64,000 bases of DNA from Alphaproteobacteria bacterium UBA2903 (GTDB taxonomy: Bacteria > Pseudomonadota > Alphaproteobacteria > CAAGCB01 > CAG-977). This document shows positions 8,646 through 19,213 of the stretch, one piece after another. The notes below the pieces were generated by a model. That model saw only the letters and a list, made by a program, of their open reading frames with translations, ran no database searches and was not told the DNA's origin. Position numbers and translations under genes: made by a program. Each line of letters starts with the position of its first letter. Position 1 is the first letter of the stretch. The stretch is from positions 9,184 through 73,183 of the forward strand of contig DEDN01000030.1 of assembly GCA_002349565.1 (NCBI GenBank), in the 5' to 3' direction.

Positions 8646-11014
8646 ACATACTCCCGCACGATATCGGGGGCGCGCCACGGTCCGAGAACGGACGGCAACA
8701 CTTTGCCCGACGGTGTTTTCGGGGAAAACAGAATGTTGGCGGGCAGGATATCCTGCCCCGTTCCTTCCAGCAGACGGCGCACAAACGGATGCGCATAGGA
8801 AACGCCCATCACTATCAGATTTCCCTGCTTGATTTCGTCACGCCCGCCTTTGTACATCATAACCAGTCTGTTGGATTGACAAATCAAACAGCCGCTTTCC
8901 GTCACATTCAAATAAACCGATTTGCCGTCCGCAACGGCTTGTTTCAGCACTTGTTCGTCGAAATCGGCGGCTCCGAATGTGTTGAAGTCGTATTCCGTCG
9001 GCAAAAGCGGCACTACCGCCAAGCTTGCCAGCAAAGCGGCAGCCGCCGTTTTTTTGCGGTCGAAATATTTAAACACCAATCCGACAATGACCGCGAAAAC
9101 GATTGCAATATCTGTCCTGAACGCTCCGATTTCCAGCCCGAGCGTTACAGCCAGCAGAACGATTTGAACAAACAAGGGCGCAACCATGACTTTGGACAGG
9201 AATTTAATTTCTTTGCCCGATTTGATTGCGGCTTCGTTCAGCAAAATCACAAGCACGAACACCGATGCCGCCGCCGATAAAAACAACAGCGTGTAAACGA
9301 CTGGCGATCGGCTCAGCAGTTCTAGAAGCCCGTTGAAAAACGCAATCTCCGGCGTAAAAAGCAACAATCCCGCACAAATCAATCCTGTCAGAAAGCCCGC
9401 CGTTTTCCGCGGATTGTCCGACTTGACAAACGGCAGACGCGAAACAAACGCATCGTCAAACAATTTGGGCAGAATGACTGCCGCGGCGGAAAAAGCGGCA
9501 ATGTACACGCCGTTCAGCCACGGGGATTTGAATTGGACACCGAAAAACGCAAATCTGCCCGCCCAATGCCCGATAAGAACCAAAGCGGCAGCACCGCAAA
9601 CGCTCCACTTTGCGCTGTCAGCCAACCCGTCAAAGAAATCCCCCGTTCTTTCAGCCGTTCTGTTGTCCGCATTGAACATCTGGTACATCAGCATCAAAAC
9701 GGCTGTCAGCAGCGGCGTCAAAAGCAGCGTCAGAAATCCGCCTGCAAAAGCGGCGAAACATCCCGCAATCGACGTTGAAAAATTGAACGCAAAATCTTTT
9801 CCGACAGCGGCATTGACGGGAAACTCGTCGGCTTTGACTTGGTTATAAAACGTCAACGTCAGCGGAATTTCCTTTTTATCGGCGATTTTTTCGGGATTTT
9901 TCAAGCGCGCGCGATAAAAGAAACCGCTCCCCTCCGAACCGACGAAAGCATCCTCGAAATGCAATCCGAGTTCGTTCGCAATCCGCAGTTTCGGCTCTCC
10001 CGCAAAAGAAAACGGCTTTTCAACAGCGGCGATCAGGAAAACTTCGCCCTGCTCTTTTTTCAAAACGGCGTCTTTCAGTTTTATTTTTGCATTGCGGCGC
10101 GCCGGAGCGTTATAAACCGTCCTGTTCAGTTCCGTGCAAACGGACGATTCCAGATAAGATTCCGGAATTTCGTATTCGACTTGCGGATAATGTTCCACGG
10201 CGCACACGCCGTCGCGGCAAACGGTCGCTTTCGCCGTCGCGCGGACAATTGCGGGTTTGGCGGTGTCTTGGATGTGAACAGTAAAGGGCAACACGGCTTC
10301 TTTGACATACCCCGTCGCATTCAATTCCGGCAATTCATCCTGCAGCGGATAATCAGGCGCATCGACAACGACGTTTTCGGAAGCGGAAAAATCCAAAGTT
10401 ACGGGCGCGGGGCGTTCGCCCTCCCTTTGCTGCAAAATAACGGCGGACGGATCCTGCAACAGCATCGCCCCCATCAGCAAATTCGGGTTTGCGGCGTCCG
10501 TCCGCGCGCATGCCGCCAGCATAAACGCCCCCGACGGCGTGTAAACGGGATCCGAAAAGTACTTGCTTTTCGTGAAATCCCACAAGTAATCTTTTAAATT
10601 TCGATCACCGACCGCCATATATTGGATATTCGTCCATGTCGAAGAATCGTCGGGATCAATCAGCAAATCGTCGCGTCCGGGATTGTTTTCCCGAATTTGA
10701 CGGTTGATATCGTCCACAGCCATGCGGATATAAGAGTCATAGTTGTCGAGCTGCGACGAAATTTTGGCGAACATTCTAATTTTGAAATTGTTTTGAATCC
10801 CGTCGATTTTGACGATTTCATTCAAAATTTCGCCGTCCGTCGCGCCGACCGCTTTGTTTTTTTTGTAAAAGTCGACCAAAAACGACATTTTGTCTTTTGC
10901 GGGCAAAGCGTTGTACTTTTCCAAATCCCCGTATGTGAGCGGAATAACCTCCGCAGCGCAAAGATTGGGAAAAACCGCCAGCAGCAGCAAAAAAACAAAG
11001 CGAAACATTTTCAT
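8618..11014 (-). CDS. dsbD: DsbD-family thiol:disulfide interchange (protein-disulfide reductase) protein with long N-terminal extension
   Basis: It has a signal peptide. The periplasmic N-domain carries a Cys pair (TVCRDGVC). The multi-TM core has two Cys (SIAGCFAAF and WSVCGAA). The C-terminal thioredoxin-like domain has CXXC (ESGCLICQ). At 798 aa it is far longer than the 565 aa of E. coli DsbD. Confidence 0.7.
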   Translation of the reverse strand: MKMFRFVFLLLLAVFPNLCAAEVIPLTYGDLEKYNALPAKDKMSFLVDFYKKNKAVGATDGEILNEIVKIDGIQNNFKIRMFAKISSQLDNYDSYIRMAVDDINRQIRENNPGRDDLLIDPDDSSTWTNIQYMAVGDRNLKDYLWDFTKSKYFSDPVYTPSGAFMLAACARTDAANPNLLMGAMLLQDPSAVILQQREGERPAPVTLDFSASENVVVDAPDYPLQDELPELNATGYVKEAVLPFTVHIQDTAKPAIVRATAKATVCRDGVCAVEHYPQVEYEIPESYLESSVCTELNRTVYNAPARRNAKIKLKDAVLKKEQGEVFLIAAVEKPFSFAGEPKLRIANELGLHFEDAFVGSEGSGFFYRARLKNPEKIADKKEIPLTLTFYNQVKADEFPVNAAVGKDFAFNFSTSIAGCFAAFAGGFLTLLLTPLLTAVLMLMYQMFNADNRTAERTGDFFDGLADSAKWSVCGAAALVLIGHWAGRFAFFGVQFKSPWLNGVYIAAFSAAAVILPKLFDDAFVSRLPFVKSDNPRKTAGFLTGLICAGLLLFTPEIAFFNGLLELLSRSPVVYTLLFLSAAASVFVLVILLNEAAIKSGKEIKFLSKVMVAPLFVQIVLLAVTLGLEIGAFRTDIAIVFAVIVGLVFKYFDRKKTAAAALLASLAVVPLLPTEYDFNTFGAADFDEQVLKQAVADGKSVYLNVTESGCLICQSNRLVMMYKGGRDEIKQGNLIVMGVSYAHPFVRRLLEGTGQDILPANILFSPKTPSGKVLPSVLGPWRAPDIVREYVQPLSKSTN

Positions 11015-11079
11015 TTCCTTTAACTTGTATTAAGGTATTCAGAATATCATACAATTCTGTGTTTTCAAACGAGGAAATA

Positions 11080-11637
11080 ATGGCGACGTTAAGCGGACAA
11101 TGTTTGGTGGCAATGCCGGGGATGGCGGACGAACGCTTTGAAAAAGCGGTGATTTTTCTATGCGCCCATTCCGAACAGGGGGCTATGGGATTGATTATCA
11201 ACAAACCGATCGAAGACATTTCCTTTGTATCTTTGCTGTCCCAGCTGAATATTGAAGCCGCCCCTGAAACAACCGGCGGCATTCCCGTTCTGGCGGGCGG
11301 TCCGATGGATTCCAACCGCGGTTTCGTCCTGCACAGCCCCGAATACACCGGCACGGCAACCCTGCCCGTAGGCACACAAACATCCCTGACGGTGACAACG
11401 GAAATTTTACGCGACATCGCACACGGCGGCGGACCCAAAAGTTTTCTGATTATGCTGGGATACGCGGGCTGGGGCGCGGGTCAGCTGGAAGAAGAGCTGA
11501 AGCAAAACGCATGGCTGCCCGTTCGCGCCACCAATGATTTGCTGTTTGACTGGCGGTTGGAAAAGAAATGGGAATTTGCCCTGCGTTCAATAGGCATCGA
11601 TCCGCTGCGGCTGTCCGCGGAACAAGGGAAAGCCTAG
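11080..11637 (+). CDS. yqgE: YqgE/AlgH family protein (UPF0301)
   Basis: It has LVAMPGMADERFEKAVIFLCAHSEQGAMGLIINKP, a GAGGAAA RBS and an ATG at 11080. Confidence 0.8.
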   Translation: MATLSGQCLVAMPGMADERFEKAVIFLCAHSEQGAMGLIINKPIEDISFVSLLSQLNIEAAPETTGGIPVLAGGPMDSNRGFVLHSPEYTGTATLPVGTQTSLTVTTEILRDIAHGGGPKSFLIMLGYAGWGAGQLEEELKQNAWLPVRATNDLLFDWRLEKKWEFALRSIGIDPLRLSAEQGKA

Positions 11638-12362
11638 TCCGCCAACAGCCTGTCGCGCAATACTTCCGTAATATCGACGTTGTTGAAATAGCAGGTGGCG
11701 TTTGCGTCTTCGACGGCGCAGCGAACCGTTGAAGCGTCAACATTCTTCAGCAAAGTTTGAAAAGCCTCGCCCGCTTTACCCGCGCGAATTTTAACGTTCA
11801 GCTTGTATGTCTTGCCGCCTATTTTTATTCTGTCCGCGCCGACAACGGTGACCGTTCCCTGCACAATCTTGGACGGATTGACGCCCGCCAAAGCGTCTTT
11901 GGAACGGGAATTGCTCATCAGCTGCGCCCACGAAACGGCTTCGGCGGCATTTTGTCTGCGCCGTTCTTCCGCCGCTTCGTTTTTCTCCGCCGCCTGTTTT
12001 TCCGCGTCCCGCGGGACGGCGATTTCCGCCGATCCGCTTTCGATTGCGGGAACTGCTTTGAGCGGTTCGGCGGGACGCACTTGTTTTCTGGGAAGCATCA
12101 CGCCATTTTCCGCCAATTTTTGAACCGCTTTGTTGGACATGCCGTCAGCGTTCGCTTTCAAGTTGTCTATGCGTTGACCGACGGCGGGCATCGCTTTGCC
12201 TTTTATCCAGTCCCCGATTTCGTCGGGTTTGATTCCCGCCGCGTAAAAAGCGCCGAAAAACACGCAAAGGAACAACGCGACAACAGACGGTCTTTTGACA
12301 AACCATATCAAAAACCGTCTGCCGTCGTCCAAAAAAAACAAAAACCCTTTGAGTATCTTCAT
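11634..12362 (-). CDS. Hypothetical membrane-anchored protein (N-terminal TM, Ala/Glu/Lys-rich linker, small C-terminal beta-rich domain)
   Basis: Its ATG overlaps the metG stop (ATGA), which implies translational coupling. The TM segment is [18 protein letters not shown]. The C-terminal segment [27 protein letters not shown]...[11 protein letters not shown] faintly resembles an SNase-like OB fold without catalytic residues. That resemblance is speculative. Confidence 0.5.
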   Translation of the reverse strand: MKILKGFLFFLDDGRRFLIWFVKRPSVVALFLCVFFGAFYAAGIKPDEIGDWIKGKAMPAVGQRIDNLKANADGMSNKAVQKLAENGVMLPRKQVRPAEPLKAVPAIESGSAEIAVPRDAEKQAAEKNEAAEERRRQNAAEAVSWAQLMSNSRSKDALAGVNPSKIVQGTVTVVGADRIKIGGKTYKLNVKIRAGKAGEAFQTLLKNVDASTVRCAVEDANATCYFNNVDITEVLRDRLLAD

Positions 12363-14062
12363 TCGTTCGGATCCGCGCCGTAGCGTTCACACAGTTCGGC
12401 GACGCGTTCCGGCGTGATTTTCTGGAACAAAGGCGTTTCGGGAACGGTGAACGGATGTCCCGCGGGCAGTTTTTGCAGCTCTGCCGCCAAATCATCACCG
12501 ACCCAGCCCAATTCGGCGGAGTTCAGGTTCAGCAGCTTCAGCATTTCAGCCGACGTTTCGGGAATGACGGGCGCGGACAATACGGCGTACAAGCGGATGA
12601 CGTTCAGCGCCATGCGCAAAATCATCGCCGCCTGTTCGGGGTTTTCTTTAATCACCGTCCACGGCGCGGCGGCGGTCAGATAGTTGTTGCCTTCCACCCA
12701 AATCGCGCGCAGCTCGACCAACGCCTTGCGAAATTCCATTTCACGCATGTATTTGGAATAATCGGCAATGCGGGCGGACAATGTGCGGACAAATTCGCGT
12801 TCCATATCGCCCCATTCGCCGCCGGCGGGAACAGCCGCGCCGATTTTGGACGCCGTCATTTTCAAAATGCGGTTGACGAAATTGCCCAAAACGTCGTTCA
12901 AGTCTTTGTTGATTGTCGCGGCAAAGCCCGTAAACGTAAAGCTTGAATCCGAATTTTCGGGCGCGTTTGCCATCAGCCAGTAACGCCAATAGTCGGCGTT
13001 GAATTCGTCCAAAGCCTGATTGGTGAAAATGCCGCGTTTCTGCGATGTGGAGAACTTTCCGCCATAGAACGTCAGCCAGTTGAATCCTTTGATATAATCG
13101 ACCTTTTTCCACGGTTCGCGCACGCCCAGCAAAGTCGCGGGGAACATAATCGTGTGGAAAGGAATGTTGTCCTTTGCCATAAATTCGACATAGCGGACAT
13201 CGCGGGTGTCATACCACCAGTCTTTCCAGTTGCGGTGTTCGGGGTCTTTTTCCGCCCATTCCGCCGTCGCGCCGATATATTCGATCGGAGCGTCGAACCA
13301 CACATAAAACACTTTGCCGTCAAAGCCGTCGCACGGAACGGGAATCCCCCACTTCAAATCGCGGGTGATGCAGCGTTCGCGCAATCCCTCTTTCAGCCAT
13401 TTGCGGGCAATCGAAGTCACAACAACGGGCCATTCGGCTTCGTGGGAGTCGATGAATTTCGTCAATTCGCCTTCCAGCATCGGCAGTTTCAGGAACAAAT
13501 GCTTGCTGTCCTTGATTTCCAAGTTGTGCGATCCCGACACGGCGGAACGCGGGTTAATCAAGTCCGTCGGATCAAGCACGCGCGTGCAGTTTTCGCATTG
13601 GTCGCCGCGGGCGGCTTCGTATCCGCAGTGCGGGCAAGTCCCGACGATGTAGCGGTCGGGCAAAAAGCGCCCGTCATCAACGGAATAAACCTGTTTGATG
13701 GTGCGTTCCTCGATATAGCCGTTTTCCATCAGCTTTTTGCACATATGCTGGGTCAGCTTGGTATTTTCATCCGAAGACGACCGACCGAAATGGTCGAACG
13801 ACAGGTTGAAGCGGCGATAAATATCCTTTTGGACTTCGTGCTGTTCGGTGCAGAATGTTTCGACATCCTGATGTTTTTCCAGCGCCGCCAGCTCTGCGGG
13901 CGTACCGTGTTCGTCGGTTGCGCAAATAAACAGAACATCCTCGCCCGTTTGGCGCAAAAACCGCGAATAAACGTCGGCGGGCAGCATGGAGCCGACCAGA
14001 TTGCCCAGATGTTTGATGCCGTTGATGTACGGCAGCGCGCTTGTAATCAGATATTTCGTCAT
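12359..14062 (-). CDS. metG: Methionine--tRNA ligase, short form lacking C-terminal tRNA-binding/dimerisation domain
   Basis: The true start is at [21 protein letters not shown] (HIGH-like). It has KMSKS-type FSTSQ, and Zn-knuckle Cys are present ([17 protein letters not shown]). The 5' part of ORF 12359..14629 is read-through of the upstream intergenic region. The gene encodes 567 aa. Confidence 0.9.
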   Translation of the reverse strand: MTKYLITSALPYINGIKHLGNLVGSMLPADVYSRFLRQTGEDVLFICATDEHGTPAELAALEKHQDVETFCTEQHEVQKDIYRRFNLSFDHFGRSSSDENTKLTQHMCKKLMENGYIEERTIKQVYSVDDGRFLPDRYIVGTCPHCGYEAARGDQCENCTRVLDPTDLINPRSAVSGSHNLEIKDSKHLFLKLPMLEGELTKFIDSHEAEWPVVVTSIARKWLKEGLRERCITRDLKWGIPVPCDGFDGKVFYVWFDAPIEYIGATAEWAEKDPEHRNWKDWWYDTRDVRYVEFMAKDNIPFHTIMFPATLLGVREPWKKVDYIKGFNWLTFYGGKFSTSQKRGIFTNQALDEFNADYWRYWLMANAPENSDSSFTFTGFAATINKDLNDVLGNFVNRILKMTASKIGAAVPAGGEWGDMEREFVRTLSARIADYSKYMREMEFRKALVELRAIWVEGNNYLTAAAPWTVIKENPEQAAMILRMALNVIRLYAVLSAPVIPETSAEMLKLLNLNSAELGWVGDDLAAELQKLPAGHPFTVPETPLFQKITPERVAELCERYGADPNE

Positions 14063-14161
14063 GACAGCCTCGAAGCTCTTTGATAAAAAATACTGTTTGA
14101 TTTTTACCCGCTTTTCGGACAACATTTCAAGGACAAAAACAGCTTTTGCCAAAATATTTGA

Positions 14162-14734
14162 ATGGGAGTTTTTAAAATGTTGCTTAATTTGCCCGACAGT
14201 ATTCTGTTCCGCCCCGTCCGTCCGCAGGATTTGAATGCGGTGATGGAAATCGAAAAAGGGGCGTTCGATGCCGGTGTACAGGAAGGCAGCGATTTGTACG
14301 AAAAGCGGATTGACGCGTTTCGCGACGGTTTTCTGGTTGCCGAAGATTACGAAACGGGGCAAGTCGGCGCATATATCTGTTCCGAAATCTGGCACAAGGA
14401 TATGGCGCTGGATTCGGAAACGCTCGCCCTCGGACACGATCCGCAGAAAGCCCACAATCCGCAGGGAACGCAGCTGTACATCACATCGTTTGCCGCGCGT
14501 TCCGATTGGCGCGGACGGCAAATCGGGACGGGATTGTTTCAAGCGCTGGAAAAACGGATTCGGACGAAATATCCCGCCGTTGACGAATTCATTTTGATTG
14601 TGTCCGAAAAATGGAACGCCGCGCATCACATCTATGAAAAAGGCGGCTTCAAGGAAATCGGTCGGATTATCAATTTCTTCACGCCCGACAACAAACCCGA
14701 GGAAGACGCGATTTTAATGCGCAAAGCCTTATAA
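14162..14734 (+). CDS. GNAT-family N-acetyltransferase
   Basis: It has the acetyl-CoA binding motif region ([16 protein letters not shown]), is 190 aa, and has a start alternative at MLLNLP (14177). Confidence 0.7.
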   Translation: MGVFKMLLNLPDSILFRPVRPQDLNAVMEIEKGAFDAGVQEGSDLYEKRIDAFRDGFLVAEDYETGQVGAYICSEIWHKDMALDSETLALGHDPQKAHNPQGTQLYITSFAARSDWRGRQIGTGLFQALEKRIRTKYPAVDEFILIVSEKWNAAHHIYEKGGFKEIGRIINFFTPDNKPEEDAILMRKAL

Positions 14735-15196
14735 GTGTTCCGCCGCCCACTGCTTGGCGGTGGCGGCAAGCGGCGCGATATCCGCGTTTTTCAGCCGATC
14801 GGGCGGCAGATAAGCCGCCAGTTCGATTAAACGCGCCGCCCGTTTGTCCAATGCTTTGTTTTTCAGCGTTTGACGCAAAAACGCGCTCCATTGCGCGCCA
14901 TGCAAAGCGGCAACCTGCTCTTTCGGGAACTTCATCAGCGCCATACGCCGCAACAGTCCCAGCAAAGCCGTTATTTTGTCGTATGCGTCGCCTTGTTTCG
15001 TTATGCGGTCGATTTCGGCAAACGTGTACGCTTTCGCCGTCAGCTTGCGGCGGTATTTCAAGGCAACGCGGATTAAAACGGCAAAGACGATTACACCCGC
15101 CAGCATATACCATACGCTTGCATTCGGCGGGAAAGCCGACGGCATAGGCGGCAAATGAATGTCTTTCAATCCCGACAGATCGATATTCGGCTGCAT
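14729..15196 (-). CDS. DUF4381-like small membrane protein, third gene of MoxR operon
   Basis: It has one TM (WYMLAGVIVFAVLI) and lies immediately downstream of the MoxR and DUF58 genes. Its start overlaps the stop of the DUF58 gene. Confidence 0.55.
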   Translation of the reverse strand: MQPNIDLSGLKDIHLPPMPSAFPPNASVWYMLAGVIVFAVLIRVALKYRRKLTAKAYTFAEIDRITKQGDAYDKITALLGLLRRMALMKFPKEQVAALHGAQWSAFLRQTLKNKALDKRAARLIELAAYLPPDRLKNADIAPLAATAKQWAAEHL

Positions 15197-16155
15197 TACC
15201 CTTTCCTTTCAAACAAAGCGGAACGAAGCGTTCGAATCAAATCGTCATCCGTTCGGACGGGAACATACAGCATTTTGTGCGCCAAGCAAAAATCGGAAAC
15301 ACGCTTGCGCGCCGTTTCAAAACGCTGTGTGTACGCCGTGCGCCAATCCGCATCATCGGCGGGCAAAGTCATCATGTTTTGTCCGTCGCTGACACGATAC
15401 GTCCCCGACGGCGGCGGTGCGGCTTCCAGCGCGTCGAAAATTTGAACGCACACCACATCGCAATGCAGTCCGATTGCCGCCAAATGTTTTTCGGAATCTT
15501 CGTCAAAGTCGTGAAAGTCGCTCAGCACGAACACGCGTCCGCCCGTTTTGCTGACACGTCGCAATTCCGCCAGAACGCCCGACAACGCGGGTTCGTTTTC
15601 GGCGGCGTTCAAATCGTCGCATGCGGCGGCGGTCGCGTTGAACACCTCCATCAGCCGCCGCATCTGGCGGTGCGGAGCGACCTTGACAAACCCGTTCGAC
15701 GATACAATCAGCGCGCCGATTTTGTCGCCGTTTTCGCGCGACGCCCACGCCAAAGCCGCCAAAGCTTTTGCCGCAACCACGGATTTAAAGGCTTTGCGCG
15801 TGCCGAATTTCATAAAGCTGCGGAAATCCCCCAAAAACAAAACGGGACGGTCGCGTTCTTCGCGGTACAATTTGGTATAGGGCTTTCCCGTCCGCGCGGT
15901 TACGCGCCAGTCTATCAACCGCACGTCATCGCCCGCGTGATAGGATCGCACTTCGTCGAACTCCATGCCGCGTCCGCGAAACGGCGAACGGTGCTGTCCG
16001 AATCCTTCGGAGCGCGACACGCCGCGCGTATCAAACGACAGCAGCCGCACAAAACGCTTCATCGCCGTCAAATCCGACAAAGCGACCGAAACGCCGTTTT
16101 CCCGATTTTCTTCGGTACGTTCGGCTTTCAGCAATGTGCGCAGTTTTTCCAGCAT
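15196..16155 (-). CDS. DUF58 domain protein (vWA-like, MoxR partner)
   Basis: It is 319 aa and has the characteristic DUF58 region (RPYHAGDDVRLIDWRVTARTGKPYTKLYREERDRPVLFL). It is adjacent to and overlaps the MoxR ATPase gene. Confidence 0.75.
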   Translation of the reverse strand: MLEKLRTLLKAERTEENRENGVSVALSDLTAMKRFVRLLSFDTRGVSRSEGFGQHRSPFRGRGMEFDEVRSYHAGDDVRLIDWRVTARTGKPYTKLYREERDRPVLFLGDFRSFMKFGTRKAFKSVVAAKALAALAWASRENGDKIGALIVSSNGFVKVAPHRQMRRLMEVFNATAAACDDLNAAENEPALSGVLAELRRVSKTGGRVFVLSDFHDFDEDSEKHLAAIGLHCDVVCVQIFDALEAAPPPSGTYRVSDGQNMMTLPADDADWRTAYTQRFETARKRVSDFCLAHKMLYVPVRTDDDLIRTLRSALFERKG

Positions 16156-17132
16156 TACGGCAAAGGCACCCGTTTCAACAGCAAATCCAAAAAGCTGTCG
16201 GGCGTAATGCCCTCGGCTTCTGCTTCAAACGTCAAAATGACGCGGTGGCGCAGAACATCATGAACGATGCCGTGCACGTCTTCGGGCAGGACAAAATCGC
16301 GCCCCGCCAGCCACGCTTTCGCCCGCGCACAGCAGTCAAGCGCGATTGTGCCGCGCGGGCTTGCCCCGAAAGCGACCAAGCGTTTGAACTTTTCGCCGTA
16401 TTTTTCGGGTTTGCGCGTCGCCATGACCAGCTGAATGACATATTCCTCCAAAGCGGGGGACAAATGCACGTTCAAAACTTCGCGGCGGGCTTCAAAAACG
16501 CGCTGCTGAGGCATAACCTCGACGGGGATTTCAGCCCCCTCCTCCAGCGCTTCGTTGCGGACAATCTGCAAAATCCGACGTTCCGCCGCCGCGTCGGGCT
16601 GGTCGATTTTGACATACATCAAAAAACGGTCAAGCTGCGCTTCCGGCAAAGGATACGTCCCTTCCTGCTCTATCGGGTTTTGGGTCGCCATAACCATAAA
16701 CAAAGCGGGCAAACGATATGTTTTTCCGCCGACGGTGACTTGCCGTTCCGCCATGGCTTCCAGCAAAGCCGACTGCACTTTCGCGGGCGCGCGGTTGATT
16801 TCGTCAGCTAAAATCAAGTTGTGGAAAATCGGTCCCGCCTGGAATTTGAAATCGCCCGTTTCGGGACGGTAAATATCGCTGCCCGTAATATCGGACGGCA
16901 GCAAGTCGGGCGTGAACTGAATACGCTGATCGTCGCCTTCAATGGCTTCGGACAGTTTTTTGATTGCCTTTGTTTTCGCCAGCCCCGGCGCGCCTTCGAC
17001 CAGCAAATGACCGTCCGCCAGCAAAGCGACCAACAGCTTGTCCACCAAATCCGCCTGTCCGACGATATTGGCGTTCATATAGTCTTTTAACCGCTGAAAA
17101 CTGCGGGCGGCAACCGTTTTTTCCCGTTCCAT
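16155..17132 (-). CDS. MoxR-family AAA+ ATPase
   Basis: Walker A is GAPGLAKT. Walker B/sensor is ILADEINRAPAKVQSALLEAMAERQVTVGG. The protein is 325 aa. Confidence 0.85.
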   Translation of the reverse strand: MEREKTVAARSFQRLKDYMNANIVGQADLVDKLLVALLADGHLLVEGAPGLAKTKAIKKLSEAIEGDDQRIQFTPDLLPSDITGSDIYRPETGDFKFQAGPIFHNLILADEINRAPAKVQSALLEAMAERQVTVGGKTYRLPALFMVMATQNPIEQEGTYPLPEAQLDRFLMYVKIDQPDAAAERRILQIVRNEALEEGAEIPVEVMPQQRVFEARREVLNVHLSPALEEYVIQLVMATRKPEKYGEKFKRLVAFGASPRGTIALDCCARAKAWLAGRDFVLPEDVHGIVHDVLRHRVILTFEAEAEGITPDSFLDLLLKRVPLP

Positions 17133-17163
17133 CGAAAACTCCTTTTATTCTGCTTTCTGTTAT

Positions 17164-18306
17164 TTAGTACGCGCGCCGCCTGCATGCAAGGGGCAGCAGA
17201 ACGGCAATCACCGTTTGCATTGACACGCCGATTTTCGCCGCCCAAACGCCGTCAAAGAAAATCGCCCCGAACGCCAAAACAAACAGGGGCAAGTCCGCTT
17301 TCAAATACCCGCGCCGTTCGGAATCGTACAGCAAAAACGCACCCGCCGCGGATAAAAGCGCGCCGTCCCCCGCCGCCGCAACGGGTGTCAGCAACACGCT
17401 TGCGGCACACAAAAACGCATTCTGCACAGCTTCTGATTTAAAGCGATACTTGAAAAACAGCTTATATCCGATTGAAAACACATACAACACACAGACGGTC
17501 TGAAAAAGTATAGCGACAAAAGGACTTGCCCCGCCGCACAGCAAAATCCCCGCAGGCGACACAAAGCGGCACGGAGCGGCTTTCAACGCCTGGAACGCCG
17601 CCGAAACAGCCGCGCCGTAAGCCGCAAAACCGTAGCGCATCCCTGCCGCAATCAGCAAAAAACCGCCGACCAAAGCCGCCGTCATCAACGCTTTTTTCTG
17701 TTTTCTAAAAGCAAACGCAAACAAGACCAAAGCGAACATCAGCGGCTCAGCCGCCAGCAATCCGCCGAAGAATCCCGCCCGTTTCGGACAGTTTTCCGCC
17801 AGCATCAAAGACAGCACGGCGCAAGCGGCGACATACAGTCCGAAACCGCCGAACGCGAAATTCAAAAACGCGGCGGGCAAAGCGGCAAGCAGTAAAACGG
17901 AGATACGCAAAGGAAACAACGCGTACAGCGCAACGCCGAACAGAAAAAATCCCCAGAAAAACACAGTATCGAAATAGCCTATATACGGCAAAGGCATGAA
18001 CGGCACGGCGATAAAAGCTTTGACGGGCGACGCGAACGCGGCAAAAGTCCCCCTGCTTTGCATTTTATTGCGCAAATACGCGGTTTGCACGGCGGAATCG
18101 TATGCGTCCGCGGGGGAGCTTTCCAACAATCGGAACGCCGCAAAATCCCCTGCGGCGTCTTCACCGATGACGCGCAAAGCCGAACTTTCCAAACGCGGCA
18201 AGCCGTCTTCATTATACATCGCCGACCGCAGCAGCAGAGTGTAAACCGTCATCGCGCCGATCAAAAACAGCAGCACCAGTTGAAAAAAGCGTTTTTCCGT
18301 ACTCAT
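17164..18306 (-). CDS. Uncharacterised polytopic integral membrane protein (about 10 predicted TM helices)
   Basis: The 380-aa protein is dominated by hydrophobic Ala/Phe/Leu/Gly-rich segments. There is a 31-nt gap to the MoxR gene downstream and a 34-nt gap to the DUF3800 gene upstream, all on the same strand. Confidence 0.55.
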   Translation of the reverse strand: MSTEKRFFQLVLLFLIGAMTVYTLLLRSAMYNEDGLPRLESSALRVIGEDAAGDFAAFRLLESSPADAYDSAVQTAYLRNKMQSRGTFAAFASPVKAFIAVPFMPLPYIGYFDTVFFWGFFLFGVALYALFPLRISVLLLAALPAAFLNFAFGGFGLYVAACAVLSLMLAENCPKRAGFFGGLLAAEPLMFALVLFAFAFRKQKKALMTAALVGGFLLIAAGMRYGFAAYGAAVSAAFQALKAAPCRFVSPAGILLCGGASPFVAILFQTVCVLYVFSIGYKLFFKYRFKSEAVQNAFLCAASVLLTPVAAAGDGALLSAAGAFLLYDSERRGYLKADLPLFVLAFGAIFFDGVWAAKIGVSMQTVIAVLLPLACRRRAY

Positions 18307-18340
18307 TAAGACATCCTTTTAAATTTCGGAAAGAATATAA

Positions 18341-19195
18341 TTACTTCACATCTTTGAACATAGCGACAGCGTTTTTCTTTTGCAGCGGATCGGAAACGAC
18401 GATGCCGCCCATATTGAACCCCGCGCTGTTTGTAAAGCGGTGCTGAAGCTCGCGCAAACGGTGTCCGTAGCGTTCCCTCAGATCCAGCGCGGCGGGCTGA
18501 ACGTGAACGTTATGCACAACATCCGCACAATAAACATAGCTGGCAATCGGAAACAAAAAAGCGGAACACAGGATATCGCACAGCTGCAATCCCGCCAGAT
18601 TGTTGCTGTGTCCGAAACACGGCATTTCCACTATGTTTTGATAAAGCGGATGCAGCACGCGGAATTTCTGCGTAAAAACGGAATGGGACACGTTGATGTT
18701 TTTCATATAATCGCGGCTGTCCGCAACGCAAAACCCGAAATCGTTCCGTTCTTTCAGATAATTGTCAAAGTAAGTGTATATGCTTTGAATCGACGACGTG
18801 TAAACCGCTTTGCCGTTGAACGGTTCGCCGGGGACTTTGACCCAGATGCGCCCGACGATGCGGATGTCGTATTTGAAAAACAAATCGACGATCCTGTCCA
18901 AAAATCCGATGGCATGCCGCTGGACACGGTGTCCGCCGCGCATGGCGTTGCGGCGCAAATCCGCCCCTTTGATTTCGGGAATGATGCGGTCCAGATATTT
19001 GTCCGTCTGGTAATTCAAGTGCGGGTAATAGCGGTATTTCAGCCCGATGAAATCATGAGTCAAATCATACAGGCATTCATGGTCGACAAAAATGCCGCCG
19101 ATCGCCAAAACGGGCTGATGATTGCCGTCGGGATTTTCCACAACGGGCAAAGTTCCCAAATCGCCCGATTCGTCAATGTAGCAGATTTTAACCAC
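18341..19195 (-). CDS. DUF3800 family protein
   Basis: The N-terminus MVKICYIDESGDLG matches the hallmark (Y/L)IDESG start of DUF3800. It has a GTG start at 19193-19195 with a GGAGG RBS 6 nt upstream. It is 284 aa and has lower GC than its neighbours. Confidence 0.65.
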   Translation of the reverse strand: MVKICYIDESGDLGTLPVVENPDGNHQPVLAIGGIFVDHECLYDLTHDFIGLKYRYYPHLNYQTDKYLDRIIPEIKGADLRRNAMRGGHRVQRHAIGFLDRIVDLFFKYDIRIVGRIWVKVPGEPFNGKAVYTSSIQSIYTYFDNYLKERNDFGFCVADSRDYMKNINVSHSVFTQKFRVLHPLYQNIVEMPCFGHSNNLAGLQLCDILCSAFLFPIASYVYCADVVHNVHVQPAALDLRERYGHRLRELQHRFTNSAGFNMGGIVVSDPLQKKNAVAMFKDVK

Positions 19196-19213
19196 ACTTC
19201 CTCCGATACAACT

